Shown: positions 21,801-28,768, counted from the stretch's first letter. The stretch: DNA of 64,000 nucleotides from an uncultured Clostridia bacterium (GCA_944372665.1 CALVZV010000002.1:10053-74052), one strand, 5' to 3'. Notes: a model not told the origin generated them from the sequence alone. Made by a program: numbers and translations.

Positions 21801-22400
21801 TATTCGGGCAATCTGTTGCTTAACCGCAGATCGAGTGACACCGCTACGGGTCAGACTTACGTGGGAGGTCTGGTAGGTTACAACTATTTTTCGGGTACAT
21901 GGTCGGGCATCGATTCGGTAACCACGGATATAACGGTATTCCATTATATATATGTCGACGCCGGTACGCGCGACGCGATTGAACCGCCGCAGAAGCTTTA
22001 CGTCGGCAGAATGTTCGGCGGCGGAACAAGATTCACAGGCGAAGGCTCGGGTATTGCTCTTAACGGTTCGGTAAACGTAACTTATCTCGGCGCCGGACAG
22101 ATTTACAACGGCGTCAGCAACGACCACATATTCAGCGGTCACGAGTACGGTTCCGGAGCGCAGGAGGGCGCCGCCAGGGTCTACTGTTCGGAAGGTACGG
22201 GCTTGGTTCAGGTGAATCAATTGATGTCCTCTTCCCCCAACGGCGAATTTGGGATAAATAGAATAAAAGGTGACGGCAAATGGATAACCGATTTTATCAC
22301 GGTACAAGGCGGCGGCTGGGGCGGAAACGAATGGATAACCTCCGCAACCAACTATAACGGCTACGTGAGATATATAGCCGTTTCAAAGGTAAATTTTTGA
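9879..22400 (+). CDS. Giant (4173 aa) surface protein: N-terminal signal/TM, Ig-like domain, many InlB-B/Flg_new-type repeats, C-terminal GLUG-like region
   Basis: Single 12.5-kb open frame with SD AGGAG; recurring P..GY.(F/I)..(W/V), 'F.GW' and '...(Y/T)AVF' motifs; C-terminal GGIGTKGDPFLIST, LDGNGKT and repeated VGGI(V/A)G. Confidence 0.85.
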   Translation: MARYRIPGKHYTKRSILGITLLVVAVAALVAACVAAAVLPTMVEGHEGSDLAAGTYVRPTVQAIVVENEGRISINADLTQVFATVQYSDGTSEQVALSEMIVEGLDLSQVQKLDNVILDYGGFKQTVSYEVVPTTLTVTYLASYGGRIEGDSEQSVVAGGDATTVNAVPAEGYKFLRWSDGYPYASRRDKEISRTMTITAVFTKQTFTVIFYYPDGTTAREETVFYGSQPTNVPRADESNMQLYGYKFTGWDTNYTNVTEDLNIRPIMVKDAVDLEVEFTSDGSGPLGYIEDLEPYYPKGQQSVLRVRANDSRIFTGWEILNFDGEWVEVAPEGVSQQIELADGSFVMFTSARTGTSEEYTLSFTLPSDSYSTTAGIIYSMKMRADFVYKESVISFASNGAPVSNLPSVILQYGDPIGGVFDVEDLSVIALGGFTFGGWYYETEPDGTPVVLTNDAIIERDVTLTAHWIRNVYTVVFKLDGVENFNDFTTLPGYDAEAGGIVLTAEYQTAVAGALTGEFPAVTPEKTDYVFDGWFVSDMGEATSVAVTREYTVSGNVDVIPVFSVITKDFSVSLKGAGAVYVISDAGMATSPVQGVVKVPVNEDFRYAVVPSAGYIVTSVRLNGEVVAEGDVQLSDNRYVGTIEVNTIVTASQLKLEVDFELVSYSVNVANGSTGLAGTVEYYVSGTSGDGSWTTNASSAFTVSVPSGGSLVMRITAPEGNFVSSLSVNALAEALPADAETYTFTVADVIANTSVEIGYRGLYYTVTLPESVENAAIEGPTETSFQKGTDPGNYIVTADTGYYISAIRVNGTVLDPYVYFSSQISGGCHIVGFRVNDEEVSEYFGSGDYRITRVEFYIDSISRNTEIEIETAQLYYRINTSYYGGEGSVTESFVVGYGDIAEVVAKTDNTYSVASVEVNGEVENYPPRLNSVTYTTPEVKRDYYIVFSFIRALQTVTFTTNDTDMKLSYNGSDVFVGAMTSVADIPRGSSPVFVVTAPEDATLDSITVYTAAGTSYPEVIGYGVTSHTMTFDAIESDYTVEIAFSEVSYYVTAVVEDGNNSAVTLFGSTVMGDELLQETAPYRAAYNGSATININIVATRTLTIDDVSVVNVSGGDYYYVASSTGISGADYGAYTLENVSGGVITVSVYGIRSDVRVFLNFRDNNASDGTVKFGSMGSGALSASGGGAELTSGSALAVGTEIRFEAEAYAGAVLEGYLVNGQFTQASETLDYTVGEGLNSVYALFGEVRRYINVNLSSGSGTVNSDAVYVSDGEGFSVRFIPAAGYSLGSFYVSYGSTSRRDPGTTEIETYPGGVVQWNFPAGTVYDGDVTVHAAFTTNNYTLSISYSSGGTVGGSEQGSNYVYSSAVSMNIEANPGYYISSVTVGGLSYAPSQLSGAQLDSSTNCFVSGTLNFKITGDTLVRIEFSPNAYTLIISDTLGGVTYVMTDAENGSGYENTDSVTFGAEENLRLRLNAEEGYHIAEIIVNGVSIWDWQISGVDENEMTEIYYDLGRRSSSLSVRVVYEINKYYIDVNGFNSSPNFASRDTDPSTYGTVSVTGYVSDADGIYTGISHGSDIRVVVTPRSTRGYYVESVVIYYVEPGGKEGIITLSREQMPVTGGAYLIENVSFDITSLSVEFKRYQYSFDISESDININLEYQPSGLYAFNGAVTVTFYNPYDRNAEVIIENGMYEYGLNYTLTADPGAGYERTGLIINGEDRMSSVRNNAVSGAVTSNVVAKAAFEIKRHTVAFALQTTGGAMGSIMLEGDMDDGSVFVWAPEYALSGVYVLNSGIIWAEYDGKETALTVTYGTSLRFIATPDFDSSGSIIESFSIFTDSALQRVTVEDATLAKSETHAIAGETYAVASFAVKSYYFTVISAEGGNPSVSSATVKWGENFKFGYELYTGYEVDGYHEDDVFIVSVDGTVLPTNELNAIRAELFAEGEKRTYTFENVRADYVITISPARRKYSATFTGGYAQRHSDTVFAVAELSISGGRSFSSLDLGTGLPPEAWKPSGGIGADYDGMRFNDRVTVKLTPAEGYNLVAATVIMGEAVYTVEDFVYGNGYYTLTIDAVKANFEVNVKYELRTYEVAFASASGGTVDGIEFVEGGGNWVSGEKIGHHSVIRIGFTAYTGYYLSSLAINGISYTIGYNKGAYQYNVIPTKTNDGIYVYTATFTVNDAFVNAMPVISIEAGFSPQAFALSLVINRKEFANGSGDASIRVSSEYGSVEYNTKGGTPILHSFTTGYEIKSLTLYNNANWSVDVSGASRIGTLTGVAYGAMTGKNQYEKRPDADYNNLDLTMYLDISLDFGGKALFSYLDIHDPDLSTLYMVYETELSKYSVNFVDNSLAYMVADGTEYKFTSEGSANGSYFVNGVSVATYSISFSDDSTSLTGHTHGSLATFNVQLSDAVNYVFEGFQEYRNGTWSYVRNGINGITVAANGLEMRYTMTSTRTFRAVFYHIYTVTVEIMPNYKYISGNFSSANPDSMVYQIYASITALANYDAQGNPDRILPDIAANKDGVITETLENGGARGGAAVFRIRSGAVFTPFGADTVSSVNRANIAFYTTRLFNTLPIQTLNVVSDTTLYAGDPSMAVYLSFLSETYGASNSNAGGSLNVSLSSNSYRVSAGSAVTIAITPNSGYRIESVGYLLDTGTPDSNGNRRFTTTYKTFTPGTGEENFALSAAEANGVVRLNVTVTENMIIKIRYVKQVTVVRTVALFENKTVKPGFATASVFEDNTWVDNTRVFDYGTQVNFKVVEGLANAANVNVGYDTRYRFMGYMINGVMQYNDLTRGYPGSAESSFVLDDLGGKLNGATITNVSTSGGTEFRLEVVAVYQPVYTIVAENIYRYQDDSGEWRYEPAGEIVATTTLYNSERPQYYSSSTRVESYLGGDPTKQTIQVMEQLNGITGAAYNTWSDNTITLEWSGTGKEEGFELVGWQYWYYRGEQYGGWNWGLIPDATGSTYNAAKNNYTFPVSALYDESYLRMVSTDNSILGDDENYLAFTCSDSGDYVYGDIGSYCIVIRPLFQQKNVLELIPSVAMQEPGNYIDGEGDQSPRIEGTAYPSASFNAGTMQTALPNTFDDYIFDGWWVSADGERVMLEKTGTWLSIQVDGSERELQYKYNPDDDSLNVIMNDSYTIYPRYTRKYTMNIAVSSLSGTAASLIEALPKMQIAFIEGEKETEITDFDGKQLLNYTMPVGSKLVITLPLGKDKDKDDWTDERGRIDLFNPIYDRVAGISILDNNGNELFGQNSDYDDAADSEFASDYFSQRLSATALSSDDFADYINKINAIKLVITANTSKRININFLSYGELIIHNLYCSKTGSGIKLPADFAIALGADEAAASDYWIYDGDEMDSDGKVNGEISIINIPISPDIQYDKQSSSDFWVRIKQSEDVKLTLDTSSYISKLNFNLNGNDTATEYFVKIQHVFFYDDPDSYNNTYSGYLYERNPETGVTGFNKYDAIPYSEGVIKEGYPFKGGIGTKGDPFLISTAFQMDSLNSIHRGMEGNLSQVYFMLNNDIDLSSDFSGLIGADFKVGEQTYSNGFIGHLDGNGKTLKNVRVTYGANYVGIFSKLGEGSSVTNLTINGIVTGASYVGMLAGELYGGTINQVRVTALPNTNVSTVQGENYVGGIVGYMRGTTSINAVVEDCSVSNAMVVSIRGGTLDDKSNSYTGGAGGIAGAVAANAYISGSVNEAADGRVTGTSEVTNVTVLSPLLSGQVAGSLEDYEQEQSTDYNKGISGVIAYSVNYDFTDNLLGVGGIVGSVGQNRYVENVYYVVNSDTKIYSIQASGTYSGYKAPDKGSVYKLGIGIITARNIGKISSAHVITANDTPRTVTLTGAFIGGIAGVNFGIIEASSVTNVKLYSDRSVGLMTSVGGIAGVNWETGKIVNSYFELSSSELVTGVRERSAIELTTGGNTIYDPIANYSGSVGLNGGLNNIYEVITAADSANVYIGLAAGYNSGSITSDKNVSYSGNLLLNRRSSDTATGQTYVGGLVGYNYFSGTWSGIDSVTTDITVFHYIYVDAGTRDAIEPPQKLYVGRMFGGGTRFTGEGSGIALNGSVNVTYLGAGQIYNGVSNDHIFSGHEYGSGAQEGAARVYCSEGTGLVQVNQLMSSSPNGEFGINRIKGDGKWITDFITVQGGGWGGNEWITSATNYNGYVRYIAVSKVNF

Positions 22401-22417
22401 CCTTCGGCTTCAGCCAC

Positions 22418-22446
22418 AACGGGGCGGAATATTCCGCCCCGTTTTA
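22418..22446. terminator. Terminator between convergent genes
   Basis: Perfect palindrome AACGGGGCGGAAT/ATTCCGCCCCGTT followed by Ts. Confidence 0.8.
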
Positions 22447-22465
22447 ACATAGCCGCGCATTCGGT

Positions 22466-22861
22466 TTATCTGTTTTGAAACGGCAATAACGCCAAAAAAG
22501 CCGTAAAACGTGTTTCGCGGCGGATAAGTTCGGTCAAATCCGCGCCGTTGCCGGTCAGCGTATCTGCGGCGATGAATAATTCTATTTCCAGCTCCGTCAG
22601 TCTGTTAAGCCCGCCTGCGCCGGAAAAGGTCTTGTTGGTCGGTACGGTTTTAAACCCTTCCATAGTCCGCAGTTCCGAAAGAGAAACACTTTTAAGGCTT
22701 TTCAGATAAACAATGGTGTTGCGCCCCGACGCAGCCATTTTGTCGAGTATGGCAAGCTGTTCCTCCGCAATCGTGCGCGCCTCGGTAAACTCGGGATTTT
22801 TGGCGCCGCGCAGGCGCTCGTTGTATGCGCGGGCAAGTCTTTCCATGTATGCGTCGTCCAT
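22466..22861 (-). CDS. Hypothetical helical protein
   Basis: 131-aa ORF filling the gap between the terminator and the birA promoter. Confidence 0.6.
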   Translation of the reverse strand: MDDAYMERLARAYNERLRGAKNPEFTEARTIAEEQLAILDKMAASGRNTIVYLKSLKSVSLSELRTMEGFKTVPTNKTFSGAGGLNRLTELEIELFIAADTLTGNGADLTELIRRETRFTAFLALLPFQNR

Positions 22862-22914
22862 AGTTTAAATATATTCTTTCAAACCGGCGGTATGACAAAA
22901 AAGGGAGCGCATTC

Positions 22915-22967
22915 GTCAACCTTTTTTGCCGTTAAGGTTGACAAAGTGCTTTTGACGCGAATATAAT
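22915..22967 (+). promoter_or_regulatory. BirA-type operator overlapping sigma-A promoter
   Basis: GTCAAC-N16-GTTGAC (22915-22942; extends to GTCAACCTT/AAGGTTGAC) overlapping TTGACA-18bp-TATAAT directly upstream of birA-bioY. Confidence 0.75.
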
Positions 22968-22973
22968 TAAAGC

Positions 22974-23933
22974 ATGAAGCTCAAAGACCTGATTTTGAAT
23001 ACATTGGAGGAGCGCTTCGGCGAATACGTTTCGGGAGCAGAACTTGCCAAAGCCGCCGGCGTAAGCCGCAACGCGGTTTGGAAAGCCGTAAACGCTCTCA
23101 GCTGCGCGGACGTAAAAATAGAGAGGGCGCGCGGAGGATACAGGCTTGTCAGGGCTTCGCTGACGGAATACGGCATCCGCAGACATTTAAAAGACGATGC
23201 CCCAGAGTGGATAAGGGTGCTGGACGCGGTCGATTCGACCAACACGTATATGAAAGAACGCGCGGCGGAAGGCATACCCGATTTTTCGTTGGTAGCTTCT
23301 TCGTCACAGAGCGCCGGACGCGGCAGACGCAACGGGTTATTTTATTCGCCCAAGGATTCTGGAGTATATTTCAGCATACTGATACGCAACGTGGATTTCG
23401 AAAGAGGGCGCTTTCTGACCGCCATGGCGGCAGTTGCTTCGGCGGCAGGCATCGAGGAAATTTTCGGCATAAAAGCTTCGATAAAGTGGGTGAACGACAT
23501 TTACGCGGACGGCAAAAAATGCGTCGGTATTCTCACCGAAGCAGTAACGGACATGGAGCTTAATTTGATCGACTACGCGGTGGTGGGCATAGGAATCAAC
23601 GTTTCGGAGCCCGAAGGCGGTTTTCCGTCCGAGATAAAAAATATCGCGGGCGCTTGCGCAAAAGGAGAGGTCCCCGAGGATGCTTTCAACAGGATAGTCG
23701 CCGCGGTTTACGCAAATTTAAAAAAACTGTATTTCGCATTTGACAAAGAACGTCTGAATTCCGAATATGTGCGCCGTTCCATGCTGGACGGCAGAAAAGT
23801 ATACGTCGTAAATACCGATCAAACGGAATATCCCGCTACGGTCAAGCGCATTGACGAGGATTTCAGGTTGGTGGTCGAAACCGCCGCGGGAGAAGTCAGA
23901 CTGGAATTCGGAGAGGTCAAACTGCGCCTGTGA
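22974..23933 (+). CDS. birA: Bifunctional biotin ligase/repressor
   Basis: N-terminal HTH (SG..LA...GVSRNAVWK), DSTN, Q.AGRGR, IKWVND, K..GILTE. Confidence 0.95.
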   Translation: MKLKDLILNTLEERFGEYVSGAELAKAAGVSRNAVWKAVNALSCADVKIERARGGYRLVRASLTEYGIRRHLKDDAPEWIRVLDAVDSTNTYMKERAAEGIPDFSLVASSSQSAGRGRRNGLFYSPKDSGVYFSILIRNVDFERGRFLTAMAAVASAAGIEEIFGIKASIKWVNDIYADGKKCVGILTEAVTDMELNLIDYAVVGIGINVSEPEGGFPSEIKNIAGACAKGEVPEDAFNRIVAAVYANLKKLYFAFDKERLNSEYVRRSMLDGRKVYVVNTDQTEYPATVKRIDEDFRLVVETAAGEVRLEFGEVKLRL

Positions 23934-24481
23934 AAACAAACCGTACTAAAAATCTTGTAATGATAGCGCTGTTTGCCGCCTTGGTGGCGGTGGGCGCCTT
24001 TATAAAAATCCCGATGCCGCTTGTGCCCATAACGCTTCAGTTTGCGTTCTGCCTTGCCGCCGGGGAGATGCTGGGCGGCAAAAACGGCGGCACGGCGGTG
24101 CTGATATACGTGCTGATGGGACTGATCGGACTGCCCGTATTTACCGAGGGTGGCGGCTTTATGTATGTGCTTAAACCGTCGTTCGGGTATCTGATAGGTA
24201 TGGTTACGGGAACCTATGCCTGTGGTTTTATTTCCGGGCTGAAGCCCAAAAACTATTGGGTGAAACTGGCGGGGGCGTTGGCGGCGCTGGCTATAGTGGA
24301 TATTCTCGGCGCGACTTATATGTACTTTATTTATAACTATTATCTTGACGTCACGCTGCCTGTGTCGGAGCTGATGATTTCCGCGGTGGCGGTGTTTTTG
24401 CCCACGGACATTATCTGGTGCGTTCTGGTCAGCCTGTTGGCATACAAAACGGAGGATCTGAGGTTAAGGGCAAACCGTTGA
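23930..24481 (+). CDS. bioY: Biotin ECF S-component
   Basis: VPITLQ, G..GLPVF..GGG, PSFGYL.G; overlaps the birA stop. Confidence 0.93.
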   Translation: MKTNRTKNLVMIALFAALVAVGAFIKIPMPLVPITLQFAFCLAAGEMLGGKNGGTAVLIYVLMGLIGLPVFTEGGGFMYVLKPSFGYLIGMVTGTYACGFISGLKPKNYWVKLAGALAALAIVDILGATYMYFIYNYYLDVTLPVSELMISAVAVFLPTDIIWCVLVSLLAYKTEDLRLRANR

Positions 24482-24507
24482 CATTCGTTTTGCCTTTACG
24501 ATATAAT
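24478..24507 (+). promoter_or_regulatory. Probable internal sigma-A promoter for oadB
   Basis: TTGACA-18bp-TATAAT overlapping the bioY stop. Confidence 0.55.
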
Positions 24508-24539
24508 TTATTCATAAAGGTATTGGAGGACGCCGCGTT

Positions 24540-25655
24540 TTGGAATACTTGTTGGAAGGACTCAACGGCGTAGGCTGGCAGCATATCGTAATGTGGCTTA
24601 TCGGCGGGATATTGATCTTCCTGGCGATAAAAAAGAAAATGGAGCCTGCATTGTTGCTGCCCATCGGCTTCGGAGCTATTCTTGTCAACGTGCCCGGAAC
24701 CAACGTGCTGGGAGAGACCGGCATAGTCGAATGGCTTTTCGAGGTGGGTATAGAGGCGTCGGAGGCAATGCCCATACTGTTATTCATCGGTATCGGCGCC
24801 ATGATAGATTTCGGTCCGCTATTGTCCAATCCCAAGTTGTTTTTACTTGGCGGCGCGGCTCAGTTCGGCATTTTCATAACCATACTTTTGGCTGCTCTGA
24901 TGGGCAACGACGTGTTCACTTTGAACGACGCGGCATCCATAGGCATAATAGGCGCTGCGGACGGACCTACCGCCATACTTGTGGCACAGACGTTGAAAAC
25001 CGAATATCTTGCCGCAATTGTCGTCGTGGCATATTCGTATATGGCTTTGGTGCCTATAATCCAGCCAGTGGTGATCAAGGCGATCACGACCCAAAAAGAG
25101 CGCTGCATCCGCATGAAATATTCCAATCAGACCGTTTCCAAGACCACCAGGATAATGTTCCCGATTATCGTTACGCTGGTGGCTGGGCTTATAGCTCCCG
25201 CTTCGCTGGCGCTGGTGGGCTTTTTGATGTTCGGAAACCTGATACGCGAATGCGGCGTGCTGGACAGTCTGTCGGAAACGGCGCAGTCTGCCCTGGCCAA
25301 TCTCATCACGCTCTTACTCGGTATCACGATAGCCTTCCAGATGCAGGCAGAAAAATTCATTCAGTGGGAAACGCTGATAATAATGGGGCTGGGGCTTTTC
25401 GCATTCGTGTTCGACACCGTCGGCGGCGTCATGTTTGCGAAGTTTTTAAATCTTTTTTCCAAGAACAAGATCAATCCGATGGTGGGCGCTGCGGGTATTT
25501 CGGCGTTCCCGATGGCTTCCAGAGTCGTTCAAAAACTCGGACTGGAGGCGGATCCCAATAACCATCTACTGATGCACGCGGTCGGGACGAACGTATCCGG
25601 GCAGATAGCCTCGGCGATCGTCGGCGGACTGATAATCGGTTTGGTGGCAGGTTAG
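24540..25655 (+). CDS. oadB: Na+-translocating decarboxylase beta subunit
   Basis: EP.LLLPIGFG, FIGIGAMIDFGPL, IGIIGAADGPT, AYSYMALVP; TTG start with SD GGAGG. Confidence 0.93.
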   Translation: MEYLLEGLNGVGWQHIVMWLIGGILIFLAIKKKMEPALLLPIGFGAILVNVPGTNVLGETGIVEWLFEVGIEASEAMPILLFIGIGAMIDFGPLLSNPKLFLLGGAAQFGIFITILLAALMGNDVFTLNDAASIGIIGAADGPTAILVAQTLKTEYLAAIVVVAYSYMALVPIIQPVVIKAITTQKERCIRMKYSNQTVSKTTRIMFPIIVTLVAGLIAPASLALVGFLMFGNLIRECGVLDSLSETAQSALANLITLLLGITIAFQMQAEKFIQWETLIIMGLGLFAFVFDTVGGVMFAKFLNLFSKNKINPMVGAAGISAFPMASRVVQKLGLEADPNNHLLMHAVGTNVSGQIASAIVGGLIIGLVAG

Positions 25656-25665
25656 GAGGCGGAAT

Positions 25666-25917
25666 ATGAGCAACGCAATGATACTGATGTCCGATTTGAC
25701 AAAGAACAACGTTCTCGCTTCCCTGGATATAATGTGGAAAGGGCTGCTGGCGATATTTATAGTGATAGGCGTTATAGCCGTGGTCACGTTCATAATGAAC
25801 GATATGTCCGCCAACCACCTTGAGGGCGGCGGGATCGTCAACCGCATCAAAGCCTACCTCAGAAAGCGCAGGGAGAAAAAGGCGAGCCATCCGGAAAACG
25901 ACGCCGAGAGGCAATAA
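25666..25917 (+). CDS. Probable decarboxylase gamma/delta-like small membrane subunit
   Basis: 83 aa, one TM (M.KG...IFIVI), strong SD AGGAGG, directly after oadB. Confidence 0.65.
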   Translation: MSNAMILMSDLTKNNVLASLDIMWKGLLAIFIVIGVIAVVTFIMNDMSANHLEGGGIVNRIKAYLRKRREKKASHPENDAERQ

Positions 25918-25931
25918 TATTCGCGGTTTAT

Positions 25932-25958
25932 AAAGCGGAGCGCGACGCGCTCCGCTTT
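25932..25958. terminator. Bidirectional terminator
   Basis: AAAGCGGAGCGCG-a-CGCGCTCCGCTTT. Confidence 0.8.
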
Positions 25959-25978
25959 GATCGTTGCGATAAGATCCG

Positions 25979-26668
25979 TTACAGGTGGAATTTTCTTTTT
26001 AATTCCGAAACTATCGTCTTGGCTCTGAAAAGCAACGTGCCCACAATGACCGCCAATCCTATGATCATGGTAGCTAAAGACAGCACGAAATTTTTATAGT
26101 CGTCCAGGATAACCAGCGCCAAAAACGGGATCACGCACATCAGCGATACCGTCAGAATGTTCAACAGGTAGCGGTTGGGCCGTTTATAGTTTATCGCCAG
26201 GAATACAGCTATGGCGATATTTGACACCAGGTACAGTACCGGCAACAGAAACTCGGCTATTATTTCCGGATGCGGCAGCACGCCTCTTAGCGAAAATATG
26301 ACCACAGTCAGCAGAATGGCGTGCACGGTGACCTTTTGAGGGAAATACTCGCTGCCGCGCAGAAGTATGCGGAAAAGCAGGTAAATGTACAACAGCAAAC
26401 TTACCGAGATCCACGAAAACCTGACGTGAGCGGTAACGGTGAGTTCCGCCGTTATCATTGCCAGAGACAGACTAAGCCACGACAGCAGATATACCTTGTC
26501 GAACAGGTTGCCCGACAGCGGCGGCAGACTGGCGCGCTGGGGATACGCACGGGGAGTGCGCTTTATTTCCTCTTTCGAATTGCCTACGTCCGTCAGCCGG
26601 ACGTGGCACAGCGGACACACGTCCGTCCTGGTAGAAATGCTTATCTTACAGTACGGACAGCGCAGCAT
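25979..26668 (-). CDS. Membrane protein with N-terminal CxxC..CPLC zinc ribbon (DUF6320-like)
   Basis: CPYC...CPLC, about six TM segments, C-terminal ELKRKFHL. Confidence 0.7.
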   Translation of the reverse strand: MLRCPYCKISISTRTDVCPLCHVRLTDVGNSKEEIKRTPRAYPQRASLPPLSGNLFDKVYLLSWLSLSLAMITAELTVTAHVRFSWISVSLLLYIYLLFRILLRGSEYFPQKVTVHAILLTVVIFSLRGVLPHPEIIAEFLLPVLYLVSNIAIAVFLAINYKRPNRYLLNILTVSLMCVIPFLALVILDDYKNFVLSLATMIIGLAVIVGTLLFRAKTIVSELKRKFHL

Positions 26669-26669
26669 T

Positions 26670-28067
26670 TTATTCCGACTTAGTCACCTTATACCCTTGC
26701 GGCGTATCGATGACCGAATAGCCCATTGCGGCGATTTTTGCCCTCAGCTCGTCGGCAAGCGCGTAGTTTTTAGCTTTCTTGGCGGCTTTCCTTTCCTCGC
26801 ACAGGGCGGTTATCTGTTCGGGTACGTCAATCTCCCCGGTTTTTGCCTGTTCAGCCTCGGCCTTGTCCAGATCCAACCCGAAAATACAGTCGAATTCTTT
26901 TGCCAATTCGTATATATCTTTGGATTTAGGCTCCTTTATAGCAGTAAACAGGACGCCTAAAGCCAAAGGTACGTTCATATCGTCCTCGACGGCGCTGCGG
27001 AAAGCCTGACGGAAATTTTCCAGCTTGCCGCTGTCTATGGAGGCTGAGGACAATCTGTGTTCGCCCAGCTGGCTCATAAGTCTTGTACGGCTGGTCTTTG
27101 CCGCGGAAAGTCCTTCGAAGGTAAAGTTCAGCTTTTTGCGGTAATGCGTGTTGAGACAGAAGAAACGGAAGTCGAGAGGGGCATAGCCTTTCTGCTCCAG
27201 ATCCGCGATTGTGTAGGTGTTGCCCAGCGACTTGGACATCTTGCCGCCGTCGACCAGCATGAATTCGCCGTGCATCCAGAACCTAACGCTCTGTTTTCCG
27301 GTTATGGCTTCGTTCTGGGCAATTTCGTTTTCGTGGTGGATGGGAATGTGGTCGACTCCGCCTGAGTGTATATCGAAGCATTCGCCCAGATATTTTCTGC
27401 TCATGGCGGAACACTCGATGTGCCAGCCCGGATATCCTCTGCCCCAGGGACTGTCCCATTGCATTATGTGTCTGGGGTCGGCTTTTTTCCACAGCGCGAA
27501 ATCGGCGGGATGGCGTTTTTCGCTGTTGACTTCGACTCTGGCGCCCGCAAGCTGATCGTCCAGATTGGCGCCCGACAGGCAGCCGTAGCGCGGAAATCTG
27601 GCGATGTCGAAGTATATGCCGTCCGAAGTCTCATAGCTGAATCCCGCGTCCTCCAGAGCCTTTACGTAGGCTATCATTTCGGGAATGTGCTCGGTGGCTT
27701 TGGCGATGATCTCGGGCGTACCGATATTTAATTTTTTCAGGTCCTCGAAAAAGACTTTGGCGTATTTTTCGGCGATCTCCCAGGGGGAGAGCTGCTGCTC
27801 GCGCGCCGCGACCGCCATTTTGTCTTCGCCGTCGTCGGAGTCCGCCATCAGATGTCCGACGTCGGTTATGTTCATAACGCCTTTCAGTTTATAGCCCTCG
27901 AATCGCAGGGTGCGCCGTATCAGGTCCATAAAAACGTACGTGCGCAGATTGCCTATGTGCGCGTAATTATATACGGTGGGTCCGCACGAGTACATGCGCA
28001 CGGTTTTGCCGTCCATGGGGACGAAATCCTCCTTTTTGCCGGACAGTGTGTTGTAAAATCGCAGCAT
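26670..28067 (-). CDS. cysS: Cysteinyl-tRNA synthetase
   Basis: CGPTVY, HIGN, DFALWK, PGWHIECSAM, KMSKS. Confidence 0.98.
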   Translation of the reverse strand: MLRFYNTLSGKKEDFVPMDGKTVRMYSCGPTVYNYAHIGNLRTYVFMDLIRRTLRFEGYKLKGVMNITDVGHLMADSDDGEDKMAVAAREQQLSPWEIAEKYAKVFFEDLKKLNIGTPEIIAKATEHIPEMIAYVKALEDAGFSYETSDGIYFDIARFPRYGCLSGANLDDQLAGARVEVNSEKRHPADFALWKKADPRHIMQWDSPWGRGYPGWHIECSAMSRKYLGECFDIHSGGVDHIPIHHENEIAQNEAITGKQSVRFWMHGEFMLVDGGKMSKSLGNTYTIADLEQKGYAPLDFRFFCLNTHYRKKLNFTFEGLSAAKTSRTRLMSQLGEHRLSSASIDSGKLENFRQAFRSAVEDDMNVPLALGVLFTAIKEPKSKDIYELAKEFDCIFGLDLDKAEAEQAKTGEIDVPEQITALCEERKAAKKAKNYALADELRAKIAAMGYSVIDTPQGYKVTKSE

Positions 28068-28075
28068 ATTATCTC

Positions 28076-28768
28076 CTAGTTGTCTGACTGGGCGGATTTT
28101 ATGTGCTCCGCCGGATCGATCTCGTTAGAAATCGAATATTTGCACGAGTTGACTCCGAGCATCTCTTCAAGCGTAATGATGCGTTTGTTCAGCCTGGCGA
28201 ATTCCTCCAGAATGGGGTCGGGAAGTTTTTGGTCCAGGTCCTTGAATTTTTCGCCGAACATTCTGACCACTCTGCCGGGCACGCCGACGATGGTGGAATG
28301 CGGCGGCACGTCTTTTAGCACGACGGAGCCGGCCCCTATCTTGGAATAATCGCCGATTTTGACCGGACCCAGCACTTTGGCGCCGGCGCTTATCATCACG
28401 TTGTTGCCGATGGTGGGGTGGCGCTTGCCTACGTCTTTGCCGGTGCCGCCCAGGGTAACGCCTTGGTAAATGGTGACGTTGTTGCCGATTTCCGCGGTTT
28501 CGCCGATGACCACTCCCGAGCCGTGATCGATGAACACGCCTTCGCCTATGATGGCGCCCGGGTGTATCTCGATGCCTGTTTTGCGGCGGGCGCGCTGACT
28601 TATAATGCGCGCGATAAGATAGTGTCCTCGCATATAGAACGCGTGGGCGATGCGGTAGTGGTATAACGCCTTAACGCCGGCGTAGGTAAAAAAGACTTCC
28701 CATTTGGATTTTGCGGCGGGATCGTTGGCGAGCGCCGCTTCTATATCTCTTTTAAGATGTTTGAACAT
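28076..28768 (-). CDS. cysE: Serine O-acetyltransferase
   Basis: [31 protein letters not shown]. Confidence 0.97.
   Translation of the reverse strand: MFKHLKRDIEAALANDPAAKSKWEVFFTYAGVKALYHYRIAHAFYMRGHYLIARIISQRARRKTGIEIHPGAIIGEGVFIDHGSGVVIGETAEIGNNVTIYQGVTLGGTGKDVGKRHPTIGNNVMISAGAKVLGPVKIGDYSKIGAGSVVLKDVPPHSTIVGVPGRVVRMFGEKFKDLDQKLPDPILEEFARLNKRIITLEEMLGVNSCKYSISNEIDPAEHIKSAQSDN

Noticed and set aside
9939-22307. Long antisense ORFs (up to 539 aa) inside the giant gene, and similar shadows elsewhere (678-1982, 24593-25561, 28967-30316)
   Set aside because: Expected shadow frames from GC-biased codon usage; no recognisable protein features.
22360-22400. C-terminal ...SKVNF of the giant protein as an autotransporter beta-signal
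   Set aside because: No recognisable barrel domain and the gene context is monoderm Clostridia-like; a terminal Phe alone is insufficient.
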